Source: a candidate division WOR-3 bacterium
GTDB lineage: Bacteria; Hydrothermota; Hydrothermia; LBFQ01
Direction of reading: 5' to 3'
Length of the DNA stretch: 64,000 nucleotides
Assembly: GCA_027050205.1 (NCBI GenBank)
Contig: JALUCS010000083.1
Span: forward strand, 3,036-67,035
Below the pieces are notes generated by a model. The model saw nothing but the letters and a program-made list of their open reading frames with translations. It had not been told where the DNA came from and did not search any database. Numbering within the stretch: the stretch's first letter is position 1; each line of letters opens with the position of its first letter. This document shows, piece after piece, positions 29,436-39,806 of this stretch. The translations under genes were made by a program, and so were the position numbers.

Positions 29436-30928
29436 TCATCGGACGAGGACCTTTCCGACCTTCCCGCCCTTAACGACGAAGTATATGCCCCTCCCCATCC
29501 TCTCCACCCTCCTGCCAGCGACATCATAGACGGTGCCGTCCTCCGGAACGGACGGGCCGGGACGGGAGGCTACGGAGGAGGGGAGGTCGTTCAGGAAGAT
29601 GAAGTTCCCGCGGCTGTCCTCCCAGTTGCTCACCGTTATATCGGCGTAGGGGGTGTATGTGTAGGAGACTACCAACGCAGAGGAGGGGCCAACGGAGTCG
29701 GAGGGGACGGACAGATACCCGCTTTCGTACAGTAGGACGTAGGGGACGGGACGACCGTCAAGCCTTACGGAGTTTATGGATACCACCGGGGAGTGGGACA
29801 ACCTCACTACATTCCGGGGAGGGGAGAGGGTGAAGGTGTCCGAGATGGGGACCGCAGCGTTCAGGTCTATGTCCCCCAGGACGATGTTTTCGGCAACTAA
29901 GTCGTAATAGGGGGTGGGCTGCCAGTACCATACGGGGGAGGAGGAGAAGGTACCGCCAAGGTTTTCAAAGAGGACGAGGGGGTCCCACCATCCCCCTCCT
30001 ACGAGGTCCGGGTCTCCGTCCCCATCCACGTCCCCCAAGGCCACGGCCGAGTGGTACCTACCCGGATCGTAGGCCACCCACGAGGGGGAGGTCTCAAGCG
30101 TCCCGCCGACGTTCAGGTAAAGCTCAAACCGGCTCCGGGCGGTGTCCATTTGGAAGGTGTTGGCGACGACGACGTCCACCCATCCGTCCCCGTTCACGTC
30201 CCCTACGGCTATACGGTTGGCAAAGCCGAGGCTGTCGCTCTCCCAGACGGGTACCGTATCCAAGTAGCCGCCGAGGTTGAGGTAGAGGCGGTGCCTTCCA
30301 GGGGAGAGGCCGAGGAAGAGGTCCAGGTCCCCGTCGTTATCCACGTCAAGGAAGGCCGCCCCAAGGGAGTAGATGGAGTCCGGGGTCTGCCAGACCGGTC
30401 CGACGAGGGTGGAACCGTCCGATACGTAAAGCTGGGCAGGTTGGGGGTCGGAGGAGTAATCGTTCCCACAGGAGAAGAGGAAGTCGGCGAGACCGTCCCC
30501 GTTTACGTCCCCGCTGGCCACACCGAAACACCTACCGCTGTCCGACGTCCAGACCGGTAGGGGCAGGAAGGTGCCTCCATCGTTAAGGTAGAGGGCGTTC
30601 ACCTCCATGTTCCATCCTGCACCGTACCCGCTGAATCCGGCCACAGCGAGGTCCATATCCCCGTCCCCATCTACATCGCCGAGGGAGAGGTGACCATGGT
30701 ACCGGGCGACGGAGGAGGACCAGGAGGGTGTGGTGAAGGGTAGAGGGGACGCACCGAGATAGACCTCAACGCTCTCGCGAGCCATATCGTTGCCGTTGGA
30801 GACTACCAAGTCCGGATAACCGTCCCCGTTTACGTCCCAGACGGCCAGACCCGTAGAGTAATCCCCCGACTCGGACTCCCACGAAGGAGCGGAAGGGAAA
30901 CCGCCAAACAGTATAACGAAGACAGTCA
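29436..30928 (-). CDS. FG-GAP/VCBS-repeat protein with T9SS C-terminal domain
   Basis: Many DVNGDGxxD and DVDGDGDxD repeats. C-terminus GIYFVVKGGKVGKVLVR. The ORF track starts at 31178, but a signal-peptide-like MTVFVILFGGFPSAPS at about 30928 is the likelier start. Confidence 0.6.
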
Positions 30929-31622
30929 TCGCCAAGATTCTAAGGGGAGAAGACGGGCGGGAAACTTTGGTATTCAACGGATGGAACAAGGCACCCTCCG
31001 AAGAGCCACCCCACATCACCGGTGCCAGGAGCTGAAGCCGGGTTACCGATTTTCTGTAGTCCAATTGCGATTGCGTTCTATCGGTGTAATACCCGGATTT
31101 TAAACCCTTGGAGGAGGGATGCCGTACCCGATTTGGAATGCACCACAGGGCCAAGCGTTGTAATACTTGTCCTATCACCGAAAAACTACGTATTTTTACA
31201 AGTTTATGACTTAATATGGCAAAATTTTACTCAAAAATTGATGTATATTGTCGTTTGATGACGACATCAAAATTCACAGCAGGGATTACGACCGAACCCT
31301 TCACCACTTCGGAAAGAGCAGGGTGCGGACGGTGGGCTACCCTCATCAGCGAAATACCGAAACTTCCCATCGCCCGCAATTTGGCGCCGCATCGGCCATC
31401 CCCAAACCTTTGCCGGTGTCCCGTATTTCCCTTTTCGTTCTCCGAATACCATCCCCCGGAGTTCGGGACTTTCGGTCATAGTCTCCGCGTGAAACGGTGG
31501 GAAGTTTGAGCTTTAAGGTCTGGATGCGGTATAAATCGGTAAATTTTAACTGTGATGCAAAATTAGACGAATTTTGGAACTTTTGGCCTTTCCCCTCCGT
31601 AGCCGCCTTAAAGTCCGTCCTC

Positions 31623-32474
31623 ATGATGAGAAGGCTGACGATTTTCCTGATGGTAGGGATGGTAGGGGTTGCCGGTTGTAGGAAGGAGACCCCTAAGGAG
31701 ACGCCGTCCCCTCCCCCGGAGGATACCCTGTCCGTCCCGACGGCTTTTGTGAAGGCCGTAAGCCTTTACCTGCTTGACCCTTACGGTGAGTCCAGCTCAC
31801 ACACCGTAGACGTAATAGGTATCAACTCCAACCACGTCCCCAATATAGTCATAAACGGATACACGATCCCAAGTGACCGCATAACTTCTGGCTTAGGTGA
31901 GTACCACGCCTGGGATACCCTGCCAATGGCGTCGCCTCTGACGGACGTATCCCTGAACGTGGCCTACTACGACCTCAACGACGAGCGGAAGGAGACCACT
32001 TCACAGGTACATCTTCCTCCGGAGCCTCATGGAATGGCTCTAAGCATTACCGGTAGTGATGTGAGCGTATCCTGGAACAAACCCGACAGTAGTACCACCC
32101 ACTTCATCTACATAGGCCTCTACGCTTCCTGTACAGATGGATACGACCATCAGAACGCCTTCGTTGATACCGTAATAACGGATATAGGGAACACCACATC
32201 GGTATCCCGTTCCCTCCCCAGCATCTGCGACGAGATAGACTCCATCGCCGCCGCCTACGTTTACGCTACCGTCTTCAACATGCAAGGCCCTTGGAGCGGC
32301 GATAGGGACAACGTTGAGGGGGCCAAGGGTCAGTACTACGGAGGTGCCGGAAAGGCCGATACCGCGAGCTACCACTCCTCCTACCTCAAGGTGAGCCAAA
32401 CCTTCACCGCTCCCAGGGTGGACTGGGGTAGGAGGATCCTCAAGGCCCTCGGTAGGTACGGAGGCGAAAGGTAA
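31623..32474 (+). CDS. lipoprotein, tandem paralog A (hypothetical)
   Basis: Lipobox VGVAGC. About 55-60% identical to 32689-33510 (shared LPPEP-GMALS, VSWNKPD, SICDEID, VFNMQGPWSGD-DNV-GAKGQYYGGAGKADTASY, DWG-RILKALG-Y). The ORF track's upstream extension from 31497 looks non-coding. Confidence 0.6.
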   Translation: MMRRLTIFLMVGMVGVAGCRKETPKETPSPPPEDTLSVPTAFVKAVSLYLLDPYGESSSHTVDVIGINSNHVPNIVINGYTIPSDRITSGLGEYHAWDTLPMASPLTDVSLNVAYYDLNDERKETTSQVHLPPEPHGMALSITGSDVSVSWNKPDSSTTHFIYIGLYASCTDGYDHQNAFVDTVITDIGNTTSVSRSLPSICDEIDSIAAAYVYATVFNMQGPWSGDRDNVEGAKGQYYGGAGKADTASYHSSYLKVSQTFTAPRVDWGRRILKALGRYGGER

Positions 32475-32688
32475 GGCAGGCTTAAAACCCCAACGATCGC
32501 CACATAAAACACCGTATAACCGGGGAGATTCTTAGGAATTTCGGCGTTGAAGGATCCTCCAATGGATTTTGTAAAATTATCGCACATTATCCGAATAAAC
32601 TGAAAAATTTACCAAACAATATGAAACGCATATCCAATTTCGTCATCTTGATCCCACTACATCCCCGGCTACCTTAGAATCCGTTCTC

Positions 32689-33510
32689 ATGAGGAAGCTA
32701 TCCATCTTTCTGGCGATTGCTGTAGTGGGGGTTGCTGGATGCAAGAAGGCTGCACCGACGACCTTCATAAAGGCGGGGAGCTTTTATCTGAACTATCCCG
32801 GAGGACAGTCCAGCATCCACGACGTCCATATAACCACCGTTAGCCCCAACTACCTTCCCACCATAACTATAAACGGACGCACCGTCCAAAGGGACCGCAT
32901 TGAGACAGGATGGGGCGAGTACTACGCCCAAGACACCCTGCCATCGGTGTCGCCGCAGACGGAGGTAGAGCTTAAGGTGACCTACTACAACCTCAACGAC
33001 GAGCAGAAAGAGGCCTCCGCCAAGGTGAAGCTCCCTCCGGAGCCGCAGGGGATGGCCCTAAGCACCAACGGTGGTGAGGTGAACGTATCCTGGAACAAGC
33101 CCGATAAGAAGAACACCGACTTCATCTACGTGAGTATAGACGCCGTATGCTCGGACGGGGTGATTTACCAGAGGGCCACCGTTGACACCATAATAGCCGA
33201 CATAGAGAACGTCACGTCCGTGACTCGGTCCCTCGGTAGCATCTGCGACGAGATAGACCCTATCCTCACTGCTTGGGTCTTCGCCGCCGTCTTCAATATG
33301 CAAGGCCCTTGGAGCGGCGATAAGGACAACGTCAAGGGGGCCAAGGGCCAGTACTACGGAGGTGCCGGAAAGGCCGATACCGCGAGCTACGTATCCTCCT
33401 CCTCCCTCAAGAGCAGTTACTCCCCCTCCTTCCCCGATGCGGATTGGGGTAAGAGGATCCTCAAGGCCCTCGGTAAGTACGCGGACGAGGGCAACTGGAT
33501 AGGGATGTAA
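32689..33510 (+). CDS. lipoprotein, tandem paralog B (hypothetical)
   Basis: See paralog A. Its upstream region also shares ccttaRARtccgtYctcATGa with paralog A. Confidence 0.6.
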   Translation: MRKLSIFLAIAVVGVAGCKKAAPTTFIKAGSFYLNYPGGQSSIHDVHITTVSPNYLPTITINGRTVQRDRIETGWGEYYAQDTLPSVSPQTEVELKVTYYNLNDEQKEASAKVKLPPEPQGMALSTNGGEVNVSWNKPDKKNTDFIYVSIDAVCSDGVIYQRATVDTIIADIENVTSVTRSLGSICDEIDPILTAWVFAAVFNMQGPWSGDKDNVKGAKGQYYGGAGKADTASYVSSSSLKSSYSPSFPDADWGKRILKALGKYADEGNWIGM

Positions 33511-33562
33511 GGTTAGCACGGGGGCCTGCCGTTAGGGTAGGCCCCCTCTTTAGAATGGCGGC

Positions 33563-34168
33563 TTGCTGAAAATATACATTTACTTTTCCTACAAGTACGT
33601 CTCCCTCATAAGCCGGGCGATAGGGTTGTACAGTTTCTACCACTGCGTCCTCGGCTCCTCCGTCCTTAAGTCCATTTTGATAACCCTACGGCACATCTTC
33701 AACGTACGGGAGAACGCCCACTTCAACAACGTATTCTCCCACGCCGGTATAATGGTGGAGCTTGATGGGGTGGAGTACATAGTGGAATCCGACTACAGGC
33801 ACGGCATAATAATCCGTAGGAGCGACCTCCACTTCACCGATGGCGCACGTGTCGTGAGGTTCCCCTACCACCTCCCCCTCAAGACCTTCACATCCCGATT
33901 CTTCCGGATAAAGGCGAGGGAGTTTGAATGCAGGTGGAGGAGAAAGCACCTCTTTGGGTTCATAGGATACTACTGGAAGGACATCCTGTCCTTCCTCCTC
34001 CCCTACGTAAGGACGAGGGAAACCGCCCTGATATGCTCCGAGTTCGTCTATAAGATGTTCCCCGAAATCTTCAGGGACCTTGAGAGGGGTTGCAAGGTGG
34101 TAAGTCCCAACGAACTTTACGCCCACCTCCGCGCCCGATTCGGCACACCAGAGGTGGTAAGGGAATAG
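33563..34168 (+). CDS. hypothetical protein, possibly a permuted papain-like (YiiX/C92-like) amidase
   Basis: A CSEFV motif with upstream His and Tyr residues resembles NlpC/P60-superfamily permuted enzymes. The assignment is weak. Confidence 0.3.
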   Translation: MLKIYIYFSYKYVSLISRAIGLYSFYHCVLGSSVLKSILITLRHIFNVRENAHFNNVFSHAGIMVELDGVEYIVESDYRHGIIIRRSDLHFTDGARVVRFPYHLPLKTFTSRFFRIKAREFECRWRRKHLFGFIGYYWKDILSFLLPYVRTRETALICSEFVYKMFPEIFRDLERGCKVVSPNELYAHLRARFGTPEVVRE

Positions 34169-34792
34169 CTAGCCCCTGGCTAGGGTGGCCCCCACGACTT
34201 CACCGGCTCCGGCATCAAGGAGGGCGGAGGCGGCCTGATAGAAGGTGTTGCCCGTGGTTATGACGTCGTCCACGAGGACCACCTTCTCGCCGTTCAGCGT
34301 TTCCAGACAAGCGAAGGCCCCCTTTACGTTGGTAATCCTCTCCTCCGCCTTCAGGAGGGCCTGGGGCCTGGTGTATCTCCTGCGGTATATCACCCTCTTT
34401 ACGGGTATCCCCAACTCCCTGCCTAAGGCCTCTGCTATTACCCTCGTCTGGCTGAAACCCCTCTCCCTGATACGAGCGGGGTGTAGGGGTAGGGGGACGA
34501 TCGCGTCCGGAGCCTCAACCCTTAGGTACTCCGACAGGGCCTCGGCGAAGAGTTCGGCCAGTACCCTCATACCCCCGTACTTCATCCGCTCTATGGCCTC
34601 CCTGACCCTCCCCCTGTATCGGAAGAGGGAATAGACCTTAAAGCCGAAGTACTGCTTAGGCTCAAAGACCTGACTCCTTAGGAGTTCCCCCCAGCACACA
34701 TCGCACACCTTACCGCTGGCCAACCTCCCCTCGCAGACGGGGCAGATGGGTGGAAAGAGGAAGTCCAAGACCTCCCGTAGGGGGAGCCTCAC
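34169..34792 (-). CDS. comFC: ComF family / phosphoribosyltransferase-domain protein
   Basis: N-terminal C4 zinc ribbon (CPVCEG...CDVCW) and PRTase motif [14 protein letters not shown]. Confidence 0.8.
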   Translation of the reverse strand: MRLPLREVLDFLFPPICPVCEGRLASGKVCDVCWGELLRSQVFEPKQYFGFKVYSLFRYRGRVREAIERMKYGGMRVLAELFAEALSEYLRVEAPDAIVPLPLHPARIRERGFSQTRVIAEALGRELGIPVKRVIYRRRYTRPQALLKAEERITNVKGAFACLETLNGEKVVLVDDVITTGNTFYQAASALLDAGAGEVVGATLARG

Positions 34793-35172
34793 TCCTCCTT
34801 GCTCCTCTCAACCTTTACGACGGTATGTACGTTTCCCCTTGGGTTCCAGTCCCCTATGACGATGAGCTTCCGGGGTTTGAGTAGGTTCCACAGGGCGTCA
34901 AAGACCTCGTTGGTGGCCGCCTCGTGGGAGATGTACCGGTTCCGGAACTTGTTCAGCCAGAGCTTTAGGGACTTCAGCTCCACGATGTACTTATCGGGGA
35001 TGTACTTGATATAAAAGGTGGCGAAGTCGGGATAGCCGGACCTCGGACACAGGCAGGTGAACTCCGGGAAGGTTATCTCCACCCAGTAGTCCCTGTCGGG
35101 ATAGGGGTTCTCCCACGCCTCCAGCTCGGCCTGTTCTATGGCTATCTCACCGTACTTCTTCTCCCCCTCCAT
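34789..35172 (-). CDS. queF: NADPH-dependent 7-cyano-7-deazaguanine reductase QueF
   Basis: [42 protein letters not shown] (QueF type I signature). I take the start at the internal MEGEKKYGE. Confidence 0.85.
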   Translation of the reverse strand: MEGEKKYGEIAIEQAELEAWENPYPDRDYWVEITFPEFTCLCPRSGYPDFATFYIKYIPDKYIVELKSLKLWLNKFRNRYISHEAATNEVFDALWNLLKPRKLIVIGDWNPRGNVHTVVKVERSKEE

Positions 35173-35183
35173 CGTACGGAATT

Positions 35184-35963
35184 CTACGGGCGGTTCATAA
35201 GATAGACAACTAACCCCACGAGCAGTAGACCGCCTACGACGACAAAAATACTCAAGATTAACCCAAACATAAAGTACCATCTAAGATTAGTGAGGTATCC
35301 GACCACGTAGTCGGCGTTGGTCTCGTTTATCTCCCCCTCTATCTTCTCCCTGAACGATGCGGCCCTCCAGAGGAAAAAGATCATAGGTGCGAGGAGGATG
35401 AGGGTTATAACGGAGCCGAGCGGTTTCCCGGTCATTAGGGTGTTGAGGACGTTAAGAATCGCGAGTATCCTCATCATATTTGCCGCGTTGGACCTCTTAA
35501 GGGCGACCGCCCCAACCCCTCCTATAGGGGTTGTGAAAAGCGATATCACAGGGATTGCAAACCTAACTGCCTCAAAGGCCGTCAGAAGAGTGAAGAACCT
35601 GTCCAGATGGGTGATAGCCCCGACTAAGGCGGGTAGGGAGGTATGGCTCTCATCTAAGTAGTTCGCAGCCTTCCAGAGTATCCTGTAGGTATAGATAATA
35701 AACGCCCCAGCAGCAAGCACGATCATGGGAATCACATAAGCGGGTATCCCGAAGAACCTAGTCGCGGAAGTGAGGGTCATCGGGAGCCAGACCAGGCCTC
35801 CGGCAACCAACAGGACACCTGCGGCTATCCCAACGAAGGTGTTGGCCTTCATCCATACCGTCGCACCCTTTGCGGCCCTTGCTACGCTCTCGGGAACTTT
35901 CTCAATCATAACGACGATATTATAAACCACCGACGTATTGACCTGCAAGTGGGTCGCTTCCAA
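35184..35963 (-). CDS. integral membrane protein (hypothetical)
   Basis: About 6 hydrophobic helices and no motif I recognise. Confidence 0.4.
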   Translation of the reverse strand: MEATHLQVNTSVVYNIVVMIEKVPESVARAAKGATVWMKANTFVGIAAGVLLVAGGLVWLPMTLTSATRFFGIPAYVIPMIVLAAGAFIIYTYRILWKAANYLDESHTSLPALVGAITHLDRFFTLLTAFEAVRFAIPVISLFTTPIGGVGAVALKRSNAANMMRILAILNVLNTLMTGKPLGSVITLILLAPMIFFLWRAASFREKIEGEINETNADYVVGYLTNLRWYFMFGLILSIFVVVGGLLLVGLVVYLMNRP

Positions 35964-36094
35964 TTTTAACTCCGGGAGTGGGTCAAAGCAATGCCTCTCT
36001 ACTAGAAATGTCTGGGGAGGGAAATAACCATAGAATTGTCATACTTTTATGCTGTAGGCGGCAGACCTTTCCTAAGTTCCGTCTGTAAATCTCC

Positions 36095-36877
36095 TTACCA
36101 GCAGATGCCGAAGTCCGCCTTGCCGACGTCCTCCTTCAGGTTGTTTAGCGGTATAACCACCACCCCCCTTTCACCGGTCATACGCTCTACCCTGTTGGGT
36201 ATTCCCAGGCGGTTATACACGTGGCCAGAGCCTACGAGGACGACTACCCTACGGCTGGGTTCCCTCTTGAGGTACTTTGCTATGGCGTAGGCCATACCCT
36301 CGTCCCAGATTATCATCGCCTTGAGGAAGGTGTTGAGGGTCTTTTCGTCAAAGTGGGCGTGGCCTCCCATCATACTCTTGAACTGGGCGATGTACGCGCT
36401 GTCAGGTTCCTGGAGGTCCGGAGGGAGGAGAGGGGTCTTTCGCATACGCTCGTAGGACATCCTCTTGGCCTTCTTGCGGAAGTTATCGGGGACGTTTATG
36501 GCCAGCATGGGTACTTTGTGTTTTCTGGCGAAGAGCCACGTTTTGCGGTAGAGGCCTATGTCGTACTTCCAGGTCTCGTGCCATCGGGCTTTGTAGAGCA
36601 TTACCACCTCGTGTATCTTGCCCTCCACGTACTCGTCCAGATACGGTTGGGCCGGCTGCTGGAACATTTCGTAGGCTATGGTGAGGTTGCTGTCCCTCTC
36701 GTAGAGCGACCTTATGACCTCCATCTGGAAGTCGTGGACCTCCTTGCTGGTATGGACCTCTCCGAGGTATACGACCCTCGCTTTGGTATCTATTATGCGG
36801 TTTATTAAGGTGTCAAGGGGCACTCTCTCCCCGCTTTTGAGGTCGTACAGGCAGGAAGCAACGAGCGTTAGGAGCAT
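36095..36877 (-). CDS. ChaN/TIKI-superfamily (heme-binding uptake-like) protein
   Basis: GEVHTSKEVHDFQ ... LVGSGHV ... pattern of the ChaN/TraB/GumN family. Start taken at MLLTLVASCLY. Confidence 0.55.
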   Translation of the reverse strand: MLLTLVASCLYDLKSGERVPLDTLINRIIDTKARVVYLGEVHTSKEVHDFQMEVIRSLYERDSNLTIAYEMFQQPAQPYLDEYVEGKIHEVVMLYKARWHETWKYDIGLYRKTWLFARKHKVPMLAINVPDNFRKKAKRMSYERMRKTPLLPPDLQEPDSAYIAQFKSMMGGHAHFDEKTLNTFLKAMIIWDEGMAYAIAKYLKREPSRRVVVLVGSGHVYNRLGIPNRVERMTGERGVVVIPLNNLKEDVGKADFGICW

Positions 36878-36885
36878 AGACGGGA

Positions 36886-37539
36886 TTATACGAGGGTCGG
36901 GTAGAACAGGAGGAGGGCCAGGAGGGAGGCCCAGAGGGCAAGGACGAGGTTCTCCCACTTTACGAGGAACATCTCAACTATACCCACGGCCGCACCTAAC
37001 AGGAGGAAATCAAGGGGAGCGTCAAGGACCAGACCCACCACACCCCCCCATACCACAAAAGCGAGGAACCCCGTCAGGGTCTTGCCGTTCAGTACCTTAG
37101 GGCCACCGATGGACTTGCCGGTGAGGGAGGCCAAGGCGTCCCCCGGAACGGAGATGGCCAAACCGAGGAGGGCGTATTTCCCAAAGAGGGATACGGATAG
37201 AGCCACACCTAAGGTCATAAAGGTGGCGTCGCTAATCTCCCGCCTTTCCCTGTCCTTTATGAACCTCCCCGTTATACCCTCAAGGAGGTCGTAGAGGCGG
37301 GCGTACTCCGGCAAAAGGACACGAAAGTAATCAAGGGCAGCGACGTAGAGGACGGAGGCCCAAGTGAAGAGGGGGTCGGAGAGGAGGTAGAGGAGGAGGG
37401 CGTAGGCGTAGGAGGAGAGGTGGAAGGTCTTGCGGAAAAGCTCCCCTTCTAAGGCTTGAAGCCAACGAGGTAGGTAACGAGGCTGTCCGAGGCGGTTATG
37501 GCGACGTTCTTTACCGGTCCTATGCCGCTCTTCCACCAT
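36886..37539 (-). CDS. CTP-dependent lipid kinase/cytidylyltransferase-family membrane protein (CdsA / dolichol-kinase-like)
   Basis: Polytopic membrane protein with GDALASLTGKSIGGPK near the C-terminus. The start is uncertain because the ORF overlaps the upstream gene by 90 nt. Confidence 0.45.
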   Translation of the reverse strand: MVEERHRTGKERRHNRLGQPRYLPRWLQALEGELFRKTFHLSSYAYALLLYLLSDPLFTWASVLYVAALDYFRVLLPEYARLYDLLEGITGRFIKDRERREISDATFMTLGVALSVSLFGKYALLGLAISVPGDALASLTGKSIGGPKVLNGKTLTGFLAFVVWGGVVGLVLDAPLDFLLLGAAVGIVEMFLVKWENLVLALWASLLALLLFYPTLV

Positions 37540-38207
37540 ATCTTGAGGAGGGTTATCTCTATGCCGAGGTTACAGACGCCTCCCTTGATGAAGTAGTCCA
37601 CCCGCATGGACTTCTTGTACTCTTTCTTCCCCTTGAACCTCTCGGTGGAGGGGCTGTAGGTTATGTCCTCGTACCCTCTTGCCCTCGCCCATATGTCCAA
37701 AGTTAGGGAGCAGGTGTCGGAGCCGATTATTATCTTCCCGCGGCTTCTCGTCATGAGCCATTCAAGGCCCGGCCTGACGTACAGGGGGAGCCATCTGACC
37801 AGGACGCTGTCCTCATCGTAGATGAGGTAGATGGTCCTGCTACCGTAGGGTACGCTGTCGGGGAAGAGACCTTCGGTGGGGAGCCACTCCTTTATGAAGG
37901 AGTTGTGGAAGAACACGGTGTTGGTGTCCTCAACGAGGCCGGCGTAGGAGCTTTCGTGCCGTTTATACACCCGCCAAGCTTTGACCTCACTTTTACCGGT
38001 CTTCTCTGCTACGGTTACGGTGGTCTCCCGGAGTACGACTATGGAGTCTAAGGGGATGGGGAGGGTGTCCGGATAGTCCGGTGGCACATCCTCTTCGTAG
38101 TACCAAACCACCCCCTCCCCAATGGGATAGACAAAGAAGACGTCCGGCAACCCCCTGTACCTACAACCCAAGATGAGAAGTAAAGGTAGGAGGACCCACC
38201 TCTTCAT
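37449..38207 (-). CDS. lipoprotein (hypothetical)
   Basis: MKRWVLLPLLLILGC lipobox. Confidence 0.45.
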   Translation of the reverse strand: MKRWVLLPLLLILGCRYRGLPDVFFVYPIGEGVVWYYEEDVPPDYPDTLPIPLDSIVVLRETTVTVAEKTGKSEVKAWRVYKRHESSYAGLVEDTNTVFFHNSFIKEWLPTEGLFPDSVPYGSRTIYLIYDEDSVLVRWLPLYVRPGLEWLMTRSRGKIIIGSDTCSLTLDIWARARGYEDITYSPSTERFKGKKEYKKSMRVDYFIKGGVCNLGIEITLLKIWWKSGIGPVKNVAITASDSLVTYLVGFKP

Positions 38208-38212
38208 GGTTT

Positions 38213-38698
38213 TCAGTGATGGTGTCCACCTTCACCGTGGGCGTGTCCGTGTTCCAACTCCTCCGGCGTGGCGTCCCGGATGTTGAGGATCTCTATCTCA
38301 AAGGTCAGGTCCCTCCCCGCCAAGGGGTGGTTCATATCAACTATCACCTCGTCGTCCCCCGCGTGAAGGACGACCATGTTTATGGGACCTTCGGGGGTAT
38401 CGGCCTCCAAGACCATACCTCTCCGCAGCTCTATATCCCCGAACAGGTGGCGCGGTAGCACCTGAACGAGGTCGTCGTTCCTAAGGCCGTAGGCCTCTTC
38501 GGCCTTTAGGTCTATGTCCTTGCTCTCTCCCACCTCCATTCCCATCATCCTCTCCTCAAGGGCGGGTATTATCTGCTGGCCACCTACGAGGATGGTCAGA
38601 GGCTCTCCGTGTTCCTTGCTGCTCTGAATGACCTCCCCCGTCTCCTTGTCCTTGAGGACGTAGTGGAAGGTCACCACTTTACCCTTTTCTACCTTCAT
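38213..38698 (-). CDS. slyD: FKBP-type peptidyl-prolyl isomerase SlyD with His-rich tail
   Basis: MKVEKGKVVTFHYVLKDKETGEVIQSSKEHGEPLTILVGGQQIIPALEE, an IF-domain insert, and C-terminal HGHAHGEGGHHH. Confidence 0.85.
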   Translation of the reverse strand: MKVEKGKVVTFHYVLKDKETGEVIQSSKEHGEPLTILVGGQQIIPALEERMMGMEVGESKDIDLKAEEAYGLRNDDLVQVLPRHLFGDIELRRGMVLEADTPEGPINMVVLHAGDDEVIVDMNHPLAGRDLTFEIEILNIRDATPEELEHGHAHGEGGHHH

Positions 38699-39218
38699 GA
38701 GTGCCGTATTATACGGGATGAATGTGTGTATGCTAACCTTCCTCCCGTGTTATAGGGGAACTGTGCCTTCGCGTGAAAATCTGCGATTTGGAACGTATGG
38801 GTTTTACAATTTATGTGCGATAACTATTGGGTATGTTTTACTAATGGGAGGATAGCCTACTACCCAACCTTACGGGAATCTTTAAAGGACATAAGTCCAT
38901 CCTTCCAGAAGGGAGTAATTGAAGGATTACATCGTACGATCCGACGGCGGTATTAACGCCGATGGAATGACGCCCCATCCATCAGTTTTGGAAGCCGGAA
39001 GTTGCATTTCAATCCGTTGATCCTTAGAGTACCGGGTAATTTCTGTAGTTCTATCTATAACCGATAATTGTGAAACATATTCTTGCAAATGGCTTCTGAA
39101 AAGCTCACTTCAAGGTAGAGGCGATATCCAACAATTTTCTATTTCTGTATATACGGAATAAGTGCTTTATTAGCACGTTTCGTTCTTTCATCCTTTAACC
39201 TCCGTAGAATGTTCAACG

Positions 39219-39782
39219 ATGTTCTTCACCCCTAGTTTGAGGCTGCGGGCGGTGAGCCGTGAAGATCTGCCCGACCTTGCCCGCTGGTTCAGCGACGTAG
39301 AGGTCCTACAGTACCTCTCCCGCGTGTGGCCACACTCGGTGGAGGACGAGGAGGAGTGGTTTCAGAAGGTGCGTCAACGCCCGATGTGGGAGAGGCCCTT
39401 CACCATTGACATACGGGAGGGGGAGGGCTGGAAACTGATAGGAATCACGGGGCTTAGTCGCATAGACTGGATAAACCGCTCGGCCATCCTGGGTATAGCC
39501 ATAGGTGAAAAGGACTACTGGGACAGGGGATACGGCACGGAGGCTGTGCAGGCTATGCTCGCCTTAGCCTTTGATATACTGAACCTCAACAGGGTGGAGT
39601 TGGAGGTCTTTGACTTCAACGTTCGGGCGAGGAAAGCCTACGAGAAGGCCGGTTTCCGTATGGAGGGCCGCCGTCGTCAGGCCCGCTATCCATCGGGGAG
39701 GTACCACGACGTACTCGTTATAGGGATACTGCGGTATGAGTGGGAGCCTCCGGAGTGGTGGAGACCCCTTCCTCTGCACTAA
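39219..39782 (+). CDS. GNAT family N-acetyltransferase (RimJ/RimL-like)
   Basis: Acetyl-CoA binding-type motif RGYGTEAVQAMLALAF and the classic RimL-like layout. Length is 187 aa. Confidence 0.75.
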   Translation: MFFTPSLRLRAVSREDLPDLARWFSDVEVLQYLSRVWPHSVEDEEEWFQKVRQRPMWERPFTIDIREGEGWKLIGITGLSRIDWINRSAILGIAIGEKDYWDRGYGTEAVQAMLALAFDILNLNRVELEVFDFNVRARKAYEKAGFRMEGRRRQARYPSGRYHDVLVIGILRYEWEPPEWWRPLPLH

Positions 39783-39806
39783 AATGCCAAGAACGGAGGT
39801 AGTTTT

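Noticed and set aside
30929-31178. Upstream extension of the 580-aa FG-GAP ORF
   Set aside because: A signal-peptide-like Met at about 30928 is the plausible start. The extension lacks protein-like character.
38990-39010. gcatttcaatccgttga resembling the start of the CRISPR repeat (tttcaatcc)
   Set aside because: Only a 10-nt match with no second half of the repeat and no periodic copies. I treat it as a chance match in AT-rich DNA.
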